Shown in pieces: positions 56,118 through 64,000 of a DNA stretch of 64,000 bases. The DNA lies in the sequence record PZ026127.1; one strand, written 5' to 3'. Source of the DNA: a phage. How positions within the stretch are numbered: the stretch's first letter is position 1; the number at the start of each line of letters is the position of its first letter. The notes under the pieces were generated by a model, which did not search any database, had not been told where the DNA came from, and was given only the letters and a program-made list of their open reading frames with translations. Made by a program: the position numbers and the translations under genes.

Positions 56118-57935
56118 ATGATTAAGAATGAAATTAAAGTACTGTCCGACATTGAACATATCAAAAAACGTAGTGGGATGTATATTGGCTCAAGTGCTAA
56201 TGAAGCTCACAGTCGATTCCTGTTTGGTAATTTTACACAGGTAAACTATGTTCCTGGACTGGTTAAATTAATTGATGAAATCATTGATAACTCTGTCGAT
56301 GAAGCTATTCGTACCAATTTTAAATTCGCAAATAAAATTGATGTTCAAATTAAGAATAACCAGGTTTCAGTTTCTGATAATGGTCGTGGTATTCCACAAG
56401 CAATGGTCACCGACCAAAATGGTGAACAGATTCCAGGTCCTGTAGCTGCATGGACTATTCCAAAGGCAGGTGGTAACTTTGGAGATGACGCTGAGCGTAA
56501 GACAGGCGGCATGAATGGTGTCGGTAGTAGTTTAACTAATATCTTCTCTGTTTTGTTCACAGGCATCACCTCTGATGGTGAGAATGAGATTACTGTTAAC
56601 TGTTCAAACGGAATGGAAAACAAAGGTTGGTCTACTAAGAAATCTAAAGGTAAGGGTACTTCGGTTATATTCACCCCAGACTTTAATCATTTCGAAGAAA
56701 ATAGCCTGTCACAAATTTATCTGGATATTACATTAGACCGATTGCAAACTCTGGCCGTAGTTTATCCTGATATTCAATTTACTTTTAATGGTAAAAAAGT
56801 AGATGGCAACTTTAAAAAGTATGCTAAGCAATTTGGTGAAGACTTTGTAATCCAAGAAACCGATAATGTTTCGATGGCATTTACTCCTTCTCCGGATGGA
56901 TTCCGTCAACTGACTTATGTAAACAATATCCACACCAAGAATGGTGGCCACCACGTTGAATGCGTATTCGATGATATTTGTGAACACCTTCTGCCAGGCA
57001 TTAAAAAGAAATACCGTGGAATTGAAGTAACTAAAGCTCGTGTTAAAGAATGCCTTACGATGGTGATGTTCATTCGTGATATGAGCAACATGCGTTTTGA
57101 TTCACAGACTAAAGAACGTTTGACCTCTCCTTTTGGTGAGATTCGCAATCATATCCAAATTGATGCTAAGAAAATTGCTCAAGCCATTCTTAAAGTTGAT
57201 GGGTTGATTATGCCTATCGTTGAAGCTGCTTTAGCACGTAAATTAGCAGCTGAAAAGGCTGCCGAAACTAAAGCCGCTAAGAAAGCTTCTAAAGCCAAGG
57301 TCCATAAGCATATTAAAGCTAACCTATACGGCAAAGATGCTGATACAACCCTGTTCCTAACCGAAGGTGATTCCGCTATGGGTCCTTTCATTGAAGTTCG
57401 TAATAAAGACCTTCAAGGTGGTTACCCATTGCGTGGTAAGGTTATGAATACCTGGGGAATGACAGCAACAGATATCATGAAGAACAAGGAACTATTTGAT
57501 ATCTGTGCAATCACTGGACTTGTTATTGGCGAACCTGCAGAGAAAACTAACTATCGTAATATCGCTATTATGACTGATGCTGATGTGGATGGTACTGGTT
57601 CGATTTATCCATCATTGCTAGCCTTCTTTAGTCAATGGCCCGAATTGTTCGAACAAGGCCGAGTACGGTTCTGTAAAACTCCGGTGATTATTGCCCAGGT
57701 TGGTAAAGAACAGGAATGGTTCTATGACGTTCCTAGTTATACCAAAGCTAAGGACTCTCTACCAAAACATTCTATTCGGTACATCAAAGGACTAGGTTCT
57801 CTTGAGAAAGCTGAATATCGTCGAATGATTCAAGACCCTAAATTTGATGTGGTTCAATTACCTGAAGATTGGAAAGAACAGTTCGAAATGCTCCTTGGTA
57901 ATGACCCACAACTCCGTAAGGCCTGGATGTCGTAA
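56118..57935 (+). CDS. 39: DNA topoisomerase II large subunit (uninterrupted 39/60 form)
   Basis: 605 aa; GHKL ATPase N-terminus (IDNSVDE, GRGIP, GxxGxG) and Toprim-like EGDSA; single ORF rather than T4's split 39 + 60. Confidence 0.88.
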   Translation: MIKNEIKVLSDIEHIKKRSGMYIGSSANEAHSRFLFGNFTQVNYVPGLVKLIDEIIDNSVDEAIRTNFKFANKIDVQIKNNQVSVSDNGRGIPQAMVTDQNGEQIPGPVAAWTIPKAGGNFGDDAERKTGGMNGVGSSLTNIFSVLFTGITSDGENEITVNCSNGMENKGWSTKKSKGKGTSVIFTPDFNHFEENSLSQIYLDITLDRLQTLAVVYPDIQFTFNGKKVDGNFKKYAKQFGEDFVIQETDNVSMAFTPSPDGFRQLTYVNNIHTKNGGHHVECVFDDICEHLLPGIKKKYRGIEVTKARVKECLTMVMFIRDMSNMRFDSQTKERLTSPFGEIRNHIQIDAKKIAQAILKVDGLIMPIVEAALARKLAAEKAAETKAAKKASKAKVHKHIKANLYGKDADTTLFLTEGDSAMGPFIEVRNKDLQGGYPLRGKVMNTWGMTATDIMKNKELFDICAITGLVIGEPAEKTNYRNIAIMTDADVDGTGSIYPSLLAFFSQWPELFEQGRVRFCKTPVIIAQVGKEQEWFYDVPSYTKAKDSLPKHSIRYIKGLGSLEKAEYRRMIQDPKFDVVQLPEDWKEQFEMLLGNDPQLRKAWMS

Positions 57936-57940
57936 TAAAT

Positions 57941-58141
57941 ATGTATGGTACTAATTGGTGCCATACAAAAGGAGACTTTATGAGAAAGTACTGGGTTACG
58001 CTCGTCACCGGTGAATACGGTTATATCTGGACTGATACTAGACCTCAGTTTGCAGAATACGTGACTATTACAGTCGAGACATGGGACGGCGAAGTTTACC
58101 AAACCCGCGGACAAGTCTATAAGGTCGATTCAAGTAACTAA
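57941..58141 (+). CDS. Hypothetical protein
   Basis: 66-aa ORF. Confidence 0.35.
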   Translation: MYGTNWCHTKGDFMRKYWVTLVTGEYGYIWTDTRPQFAEYVTITVETWDGEVYQTRGQVYKVDSSN

Positions 58142-58142
58142 T

Positions 58143-58163
58143 AAGGGCCTTCGGGCCCTTTTC
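58143..58163 (+). terminator. Rho-independent terminator (UUCG tetraloop)
   Basis: GGGCC-TTCG-GGCCC followed by TTTT. Confidence 0.55.
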
Positions 58164-58213
58164 GGGGTTTACAAAGACCTGTGGTTATGATAGGATTATT
58201 TAGAGGTGAGAAT

Positions 58214-58537
58214 ATGATTATGCAAGATAACAGTATAGTGAACACTGACAACCTGGCTCTATCCTTTATGGAAACAGCCATTCGTAACTGTAAGGACGAA
58301 GGAGTAGTGACTACAAGCGGTAAGGGACTTGAATACCTTAAGGCTGTAAAATCTATTGCCTTAAAGATTAAAGATAACCAGGCGCTCTCTCCTGTTGTCC
58401 AGGAAAAGGTTTTAGAGATAATGTATCGCCACAGAGAGCACAAAAGTACAATGGGTTCTATGAGAAGAATTCTGGCTGAACTAGGTTCTACCAGAGAATA
58501 TGTTCAACATGAGGTAGTTAAAAATGACAAACTTTAA
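58214..58537 (+). CDS. Hypothetical protein
   Basis: Start at ATG 58214 downstream of GTTTAC promoter and SD GAGGTGAG. Confidence 0.4.
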   Translation: MIMQDNSIVNTDNLALSFMETAIRNCKDEGVVTTSGKGLEYLKAVKSIALKIKDNQALSPVVQEKVLEIMYRHREHKSTMGSMRRILAELGSTREYVQHEVVKNDKL

Positions 58538-58727
58538 AGTGAATATTGATTTGTTCGATAAAGCCGTCCATAAAGAATTCCGGTTAATCCAACGATTTTT
58601 TGATATCAATGCGGCTGAGGATTTTAAAGAACGCTTTAAAGAAATCAGATATAAAATACTCAACGACATCGCTACTAAGGACGAGCTCCTTGAAGTGGCA
58701 GACATTTTTAAACGTAACCTGAATTGA
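58524..58727 (+). CDS. Hypothetical protein
   Basis: 67-aa ORF. Confidence 0.35.
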   Translation: MTNFKVNIDLFDKAVHKEFRLIQRFFDINAAEDFKERFKEIRYKILNDIATKDELLEVADIFKRNLN

Positions 58728-58734
58728 GAAAAAT

Positions 58735-60945
58735 ATGATTATTGAAACCGAAAAAGAACAAATCATTGGTAATGGTGCTAAGTCCACAGGCTTTACTATT
58801 CAGGCATCGCCTAAGGTCTTTAAAATTTTGTCATCAGACCTTTATAGTAATAAAGTACGTGCCGTAGTTCGTGAACTAATTACCAACATGATTGATGCCC
58901 ATATTCTAAATGGTAATAAAGAACGTTGGAAAGTACAGGTTCCTGGTAAACTAGACCCTCGCTTTGTATGTCGTGATTTCGGTCCGGGTATGAGTGATTT
59001 CCAAATTCGTGGTGATGAAAACGAAACAGGTTTGTACAACTCTTATTTCGCATCATCCAAAACGGCTTCTAACGATTTCATCGGTGGCTTTGGCCTTGGT
59101 TCAAAATCTCCGTTCAGTTATACCGAAACGTTTAATATCACCTCATGGCACAATGGCGAAGTTCGCGGTTATGTAGCATATATGGATGGTGATGGCCCGC
59201 AGATTAAACCTACTTTCGTAGAACCTATGCAGCCAGGTGATAAAACAGGTATCGAAATCACGGTTCCTGTTGATGAAGAAGATTTCCGTAAGTTTGAAAC
59301 TGAAGTTCGTTATATCATGCGGCCTTTCATTGGTCTTGGTGATGTAGACGGTGTTGAAGTTGATTATTTCCCTGAATTTGACGATTACCATCCTGTAACC
59401 ACTACAAATTATGGCAGCTTCGAACGTTCAGGACTTTATGCAGTTTATGGTGGTATTGTTTATCCATTGGATTCTGCCTATAATAAAGGCACATGGATGC
59501 GTACTCGCCATGATGTAGTTTATATTAAGTTCCCTATGGGTTCACTGGATATTGCTCCGTCTCGTGAAGTGTTGTCTCTTGATAAACGTACGATGGAAAA
59601 TATTGCAACCCGTATCGAAGCACTGGATGCAGTGGTCTTTAAAAACGATACACAGGAATGGGTTGAATCTGATAATCCACGCCATGTTTATCGTGACCTT
59701 TCTAACCTTGGTTACAGTGCTCGTGACTATCTTACCAAAAAAGGTGGAACTAGCCTGTTTACTACAGAAAAATTGACATATGAGAAATTATACCAGCGTT
59801 ATACCCTTCAAAACGACCTTATTAATTTAGGTGTGGTTTACGAAGTCGTTTCAGACCCACGTTTGAAACGAATTAAGTCAAGTGGTAATACTTCTTCGGT
59901 AGCAGGACTTAGTAATTTATTAGGCATTAATAAGAAAGAAATCCATGTTGTTTATGATGATGAAAAAGGTCGTGTGCCATTAGTTCGAGGTCTTTGGGCT
60001 CTGGCAATGGACAACAGTGCTTCGGCTAAGAAAATTGTTAAAGAGAACAATATTCCTAAATACGGAACTGACCTTATTTTTGTCGACCCAAATTCAATGT
60101 TGCAAATGCAACAACTTGAAAAGGTTAAAGAACTTTTTAAAGGTGACACAATTCATTTTTATAAAGTCTCTGAACTGAATAAAATTGTTAAGCCATGGAT
60201 TCCGGTTACTGTCCGTTCATCAGAACCGCGTCCTAAAACACCGAGTGCTTATCGTTGGTTCATTAAAGACGGGCGCTGGCAACAAGAGACCATGTATTTG
60301 ACTGCTGCCGAAGCAGAAGAAATTACAGGTTATGTTCTGTTTGGCAGTCGTTCTGATATTATGGGAATGGATGAAGCTTATGGTATCTTTGACATCAATA
60401 CCACTACCATGTGTCGTATGGCTAATTTGATTGGTGCTACCGAATTCCATATCATTCGCCCTCAGATTGCCAAAAAGATTAAAAAGTTAGGCCAATGCGA
60501 ATGCTTGATGGAAGCTACATTAGAAGCTTATGCTGAAGCCTTAGACGCGGTAGATGTTGATGACTACCTTGGTAGCAATACTCGAGCTCGGTATTACCTT
60601 GAAATCATTGCTAAGTTCCCTCAGCTTAATTTCATGACCAAGTATTTCAGTGATAAGCCGGTAACTGAAGCATATACTCGTCTGAGTAATTTCTATGATA
60701 TATTCCGTTATATGAATTTCCATGGTTATATCACTGATGATAAGCTTTCCGTTATCAAGAAAATTTGTAACAATACTTTTTTTAAGTTGACTGATAATGC
60801 TTCAAGCAACAATGATAAAATGACTGTACAGTTTGAATCTGATTACCATTTAGTTTCGGACTACATGTATCGTCGTGGAACATCCATTACCGAGGCTTCT
60901 GTAGCTCAAATTGTTAAATTCATGAAAGCCGTGGAAGCGGCTTAA
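58735..60945 (+). CDS. rIIA: rIIA protein (GHKL ATPase-like N-terminus)
   Basis: 736 aa (T4 rIIA 725 aa); N-terminal ATPase-like motifs (ELITNMIDA, DFGPGMS, GxGxGxKS); followed by rIIB. Confidence 0.8.
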   Translation: MIIETEKEQIIGNGAKSTGFTIQASPKVFKILSSDLYSNKVRAVVRELITNMIDAHILNGNKERWKVQVPGKLDPRFVCRDFGPGMSDFQIRGDENETGLYNSYFASSKTASNDFIGGFGLGSKSPFSYTETFNITSWHNGEVRGYVAYMDGDGPQIKPTFVEPMQPGDKTGIEITVPVDEEDFRKFETEVRYIMRPFIGLGDVDGVEVDYFPEFDDYHPVTTTNYGSFERSGLYAVYGGIVYPLDSAYNKGTWMRTRHDVVYIKFPMGSLDIAPSREVLSLDKRTMENIATRIEALDAVVFKNDTQEWVESDNPRHVYRDLSNLGYSARDYLTKKGGTSLFTTEKLTYEKLYQRYTLQNDLINLGVVYEVVSDPRLKRIKSSGNTSSVAGLSNLLGINKKEIHVVYDDEKGRVPLVRGLWALAMDNSASAKKIVKENNIPKYGTDLIFVDPNSMLQMQQLEKVKELFKGDTIHFYKVSELNKIVKPWIPVTVRSSEPRPKTPSAYRWFIKDGRWQQETMYLTAAEAEEITGYVLFGSRSDIMGMDEAYGIFDINTTTMCRMANLIGATEFHIIRPQIAKKIKKLGQCECLMEATLEAYAEALDAVDVDDYLGSNTRARYYLEIIAKFPQLNFMTKYFSDKPVTEAYTRLSNFYDIFRYMNFHGYITDDKLSVIKKICNNTFFKLTDNASSNNDKMTVQFESDYHLVSDYMYRRGTSITEASVAQIVKFMKAVEAA

Positions 60946-60959
60946 TCTAAGGAAATATT

Positions 60960-61928
60960 ATGTACAATATTAAGTGTTTGACCTCCGCTGAGCAAGTTGA
61001 AATCGTTAAGTTATATATTTCTGGTAATTATACTCAGAATGAGTTGGCTGACTGGTACAGTGTATCAGTTGATACAATCCGTAAAGTCCTGAAAAATGCT
61101 AAAGGAGCTGGACAGGCCCAGGTAGTTATTACCGGAAATATCAAAGTAACAGTTCCTAACGAGCCTAGTGAAGTTCCCGTTGAAGTTACTATTGGCGGCT
61201 CTCGCCCTGAAATTATCTGGAACGCGAGTTCTAAATTCGTATCCATCACTGAAGGTCGTACAGTATGGAACACCACTAATAAGAACAAACATTTTGATGC
61301 CATCGTACAGGCTCTTAAAGAATCTCGTTTCGATGACGCGATTAAACTGATTTCCATTAAAGAAGCCGTTAAGGCCTTTGTTAAAGGCAACGTTCGTATT
61401 GAAGGTGGACGTCTGGTTTACCAAGGCATTGAATTGCGTTCAGGGTTGATTGACCGTATTATCACTTCAATGGAAAACGGTGAAGACTTCGAATTCTACC
61501 TGCCGTTCCTTGAGAACCTGTTAGAAAACCCAAGCGAAAAAGCTGTACAACGTTTGTTCGACTTCTTGGTGGCAAACGACATCAAAATTACTGAAGATGG
61601 TCACTTTATTACGTGGAAGGTGGTTAACTCCGATTACACCGACTGCCGTACCGGTACGTTTGATAACTCGCCAGGCAAACCTGTTAAAATGCCTCGTTCA
61701 CGTGTGAATGATGACGACGAAGTAACTTGTTCAAGTGGTCTGCACGTTTGCTCTCGTAGTTATATCGGTCATTTTGGCAACTCAAGCTGTAAAGTAGTTT
61801 CATGTAAAGTTAACCCACGTGATGTTGTTAGTATTCCGGTCGATTACGGTGATGCTAAAATGCGTGTATGTTATTATGAAGTTCTGGAAGACGTCACCGA
61901 ACAGTTCGCAAACGAATACAAATACTAA
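60960..61928 (+). CDS. rIIB: rIIB protein
   Basis: 322 aa (T4 rIIB 312 aa) immediately downstream of rIIA. Confidence 0.7.
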   Translation: MYNIKCLTSAEQVEIVKLYISGNYTQNELADWYSVSVDTIRKVLKNAKGAGQAQVVITGNIKVTVPNEPSEVPVEVTIGGSRPEIIWNASSKFVSITEGRTVWNTTNKNKHFDAIVQALKESRFDDAIKLISIKEAVKAFVKGNVRIEGGRLVYQGIELRSGLIDRIITSMENGEDFEFYLPFLENLLENPSEKAVQRLFDFLVANDIKITEDGHFITWKVVNSDYTDCRTGTFDNSPGKPVKMPRSRVNDDDEVTCSSGLHVCSRSYIGHFGNSSCKVVSCKVNPRDVVSIPVDYGDAKMRVCYYEVLEDVTEQFANEYKY

Positions 61929-61937
61929 ATCAATAAC

Positions 61938-61953
61938 GGAGGCTTCGGCCTCC
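61938..61953 (+). other. UUCG-tetraloop hairpin without U-tract
   Basis: GGAGGC-TTCG-GCCTCC directly upstream of SD GAGGAA; likely RNA stability or processing element rather than terminator. Confidence 0.4.
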
Positions 61954-61965
61954 TAATGAGGAATT

Positions 61966-62163
61966 ATGTTAGGTTACCAAGCACGTGTAGTTGAAGAATA
62001 CGACCAGTTAGTTCTTAAAATTAATGCACTAGAAACCTTTATTGAAGGTGGTGTTTTTGAAACTCTTGATATCCGTCAACAAGGGTTACTGATTGCCCAA
62101 CTGGACGCGATGGGTGCTTATGCTCATTGTTTAGAAGTTCGTATTTCTTATTTCGGTGAGTAA
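61966..62163 (+). CDS. Hypothetical protein
   Basis: 65-aa ORF. Confidence 0.4.
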   Translation: MLGYQARVVEEYDQLVLKINALETFIEGGVFETLDIRQQGLLIAQLDAMGAYAHCLEVRISYFGE

Positions 62164-62482
62164 AATGATTAATTATATGAATGTTGGCGACGAAGATATC
62201 AAAAATTCATATCTCCAAGGTAACCATGTGGTAGATAAGGTTTATTGTGTAGATGTAATCAAATCCGATAAAGCCACGGGCCATCTTTTCGCCGCAGACG
62301 TGATTTTTGATTCAATTGAAAACCTTAAAAAATTAGACCACAGTAAATTGAGTGAAAACTCTCGTATCTATTTTGGTAATGTTCACGTCGAAGAATTGTA
62401 TATTGGTGGTGATTATGAATCCGTCAAATCCGGGACTAGTTCGACTGTCGAAGATGCCGACATTTACCCTGAAGACATCTGA
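62156..62482 (+). CDS. Hypothetical acidic protein
   Basis: 108-aa ORF. Confidence 0.4.
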   Translation: MSKMINYMNVGDEDIKNSYLQGNHVVDKVYCVDVIKSDKATGHLFAADVIFDSIENLKKLDHSKLSENSRIYFGNVHVEELYIGGDYESVKSGTSSTVEDADIYPEDI

Positions 62483-62492
62483 TTTAACAGGT

Positions 62493-62972
62493 GAAATGAA
62501 GGTCAAGATTAAGGACACCGTATTGTATTCCTTAAGCCAAGACCCGTCCCAAGATAAGAAAGAAGTATTGACTCGGTGTGTCATTGCAACGTATGCCGAG
62601 TATATGGTGGCTGATTGGTTGAAAGGATACGTTAACAGTGGTCTGGAAGACCATGATGACCCTTATACCTATGCCTGGGATGTTTTAGCGCATCCTATGT
62701 ACTGTGGACTTCGTGTAGAGGTTAAGACCCACCAATCAGATTCTAAGTGGATTTCCTGCACTACAGGATACTCTGGTGACTTCCCGTATGGAACAGGGAT
62801 TAACCTGGGACCGCTCCTGAATCATAAAGTTGCAGACTGTATAATTATATTCGACACTTCAGTAAATGAGGCAGGCGACGTCCTGTTCACTCCTAAGTTC
62901 TCTGGTGACAGAGAAGCCATCACAAAGCTAGTCCGTAAGAGTAATTACAACGGCTGGTATCTCGCCTTATAA
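62493..62972 (+). CDS. Hypothetical protein
   Basis: Start at ATG 62493 (SD AGGTGAA); occupies the position after rIIB. Confidence 0.4.
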   Translation, partial: EMKVKIKDTVLYSLSQDPSQDKKEVLTRCVIATYAEYMVADWLKGYVNSGLEDHDDPYTYAWDVLAHPMYCGLRVEVKTHQSDSKWISCTTGYSGDFPYGTGINLGPLLNHKVADCIIIFDTSVNEAGDVLFTPKFSGDREAITKLVRKSNYNGWYLAL

Positions 62973-63044
62973 ATTTTTAAAATAGTATTTACATACGCCA
63001 TGGATGGTGTTACTATCTTCCTATCAACTAATGAGGAGAACAAA

Positions 63045-63311
63045 ATGGATATCAAATTATATTACGCTAAACACAAAGTTACAGGTATGGTTGTTGCCGC
63101 TATGTATGATGCATCAGGTGAAGGTGGTGATGTTACTACAGAGTTATCTCTTTCTGAATGTAAATTTCTCCGTCCCTTAATCGCATCAAAGGAAGATTTA
63201 GAAAAGCTTATTGATGGAAAACTGGATAATGTTGACGGCATAGATATTCTTTATGACCTCCGCACGGCATTGTACAGGGGATTGATTGAGATAAAAGAGG
63301 TGGTGTTTTGA
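63045..63311 (+). CDS. Hypothetical protein
   Basis: Start at ATG 63045 downstream of promoter cassette. Confidence 0.4.
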   Translation: MDIKLYYAKHKVTGMVVAAMYDASGEGGDVTTELSLSECKFLRPLIASKEDLEKLIDGKLDNVDGIDILYDLRTALYRGLIEIKEVVF

Positions 63312-63401
63312 GTAGCAAAATGTGGTGCCTTATTTGGATGGCCTGTATCCCAGTGATTTGCGTATGTTTTAGTTTATTGTTGTGGAAATTGGCATAAATC
63401 A

Positions 63402-63453
63402 GTATACATCTCCATTAATCATGATATTATAGACCTATCAACTAATGGAGATG
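63402..63453 (+). promoter_or_regulatory. Early promoter / stem-loop cassette (PeSL-like)
   Basis: GTATAC; perfect 11-bp inverted repeat CATCTCCATTA / TAATGGAGATG enclosing ATGATATTATAGACCTATCAAC; ATG 63457. Confidence 0.55.
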
Positions 63454-63577
63454 ATTATGAAAAACTTACTTAAAGCAATTTGGAACATGTTTGTGTTGTT
63501 AATGGTATTGAGCATTTTCCCAATCGTTTTTATGATTGACCATGTACGTGTATTCTTTAACTTCTGAGGAAAATATT

Positions 63578-63790
63578 ATGAAACTTTTTAAAGATGTGGT
63601 AGTCGGCGAGAGCTTTGTATTGCATAATGGCCAACAACTGATTCGCATTTCTCCTTTGCAAGTTGGGACTGAATTACAACCTGTTAATGCTACAGACCTT
63701 TATGATTCAACTAAGCGTTTTTGTGTAGGCCCTAGTGTGCAATGCCTTACTGTTGATGAACTGATGGCTATTTCTGTTGACGCTGAATAA
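63578..63790 (+). CDS. Hypothetical protein
   Basis: Start at ATG 63578 (SD GAGGAAAA). Confidence 0.4.
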   Translation: MKLFKDVVVGESFVLHNGQQLIRISPLQVGTELQPVNATDLYDSTKRFCVGPSVQCLTVDELMAISVDAE

Positions 63791-63800
63791 GGAAAATATT

Positions 63801-64000
63801 ATGTCTAAATTATTTTTTGGTAATCGCAACATTATGTTCTTTAAACAGATTAGCATGTCAGAAACATTTGATTTAAGTTATTCAGGCGACACAAAAGCTG
63901 TTAACCTTAAAAATTTAGCGTCTGCAGAATTTGCATTCTATCAGGACCCTGAAACTGGTTTCTACAAATTTATTAAGTTCCGCATGACTATGGACCGCGA
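63801..64000 (+). CDS. Hypothetical protein (5' partial at window end)
   Basis: ATG 63801 with SD AAGGAAAA; ORF runs off the window. Confidence 0.35.
   Translation, partial: MSKLFFGNRNIMFFKQISMSETFDLSYSGDTKAVNLKNLASAEFAFYQDPETGFYKFIKFRMTMDR

Noticed and set aside
1-64000. CRISPR arrays, rRNA genes, integrase or prophage attachment features
   Set aside because: No regularly spaced direct repeats with unique spacers and no rRNA-like sequence were seen; the repeated elements are promoter cassettes upstream of genes, not CRISPR repeats.

Overview
This window is a densely packed, almost entirely plus-strand stretch of a T4-like (Tevenvirinae-type) myovirus genome, colinear with the T4 early/replication region but in the opposite orientation to the T4 reference. 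Recognisable genes in order: lysozyme e, internal proteins, denV, a RegB-like ORF, tk, nrdC, 49, 55, 47, 46, rpbA, 45, 44, 62, regA, 43, 42, uvsX, 40, 41, 61, 56, soc, tandem ModA/ModB-like paralogs, dda, dexA, an unsplit 39, rIIA and rIIB. Calls rest on remembered T4 protein sequences, motifs and synteny; no database search was run. The most interesting region is 33.9-38.7 kb, between DNA polymerase and uvsX: a fused sugar-1-phosphate nucleotidyltransferase/APH-type kinase, a HAD phosphatase and a P-loop kinase sit next to the dCMP hydroxymethylase, and an orphan 297-aa protein occupies the T4 beta-glucosyltransferase slot, while no alpha-gt is seen between 55 and 47. I read this as a candidate phage-encoded nucleotide-sugar synthesis and hmC-DNA glycosylation module; this is inference from motifs and gene order, and the sugar is unknown. 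Other notable features: about 20 copies of a repeated early-promoter/stem-loop cassette whose inverted-repeat arms covary and enclose the Shine-Dalgarno sequence; two free-standing GIY-YIG-like homing endonuclease ORFs; a macro-domain protein; a Pol-beta-type nucleotidyltransferase next to an AAA ATPase; three internal proteins carrying the capsid targeting sequence; and a single well-supported minus-strand small membrane gene between 61 and 56. No tRNA, rRNA or CRISPR array was found. Many ORFs are hypothetical, and most minus-strand ORFs in the supplied track are treated as antisense artefacts.
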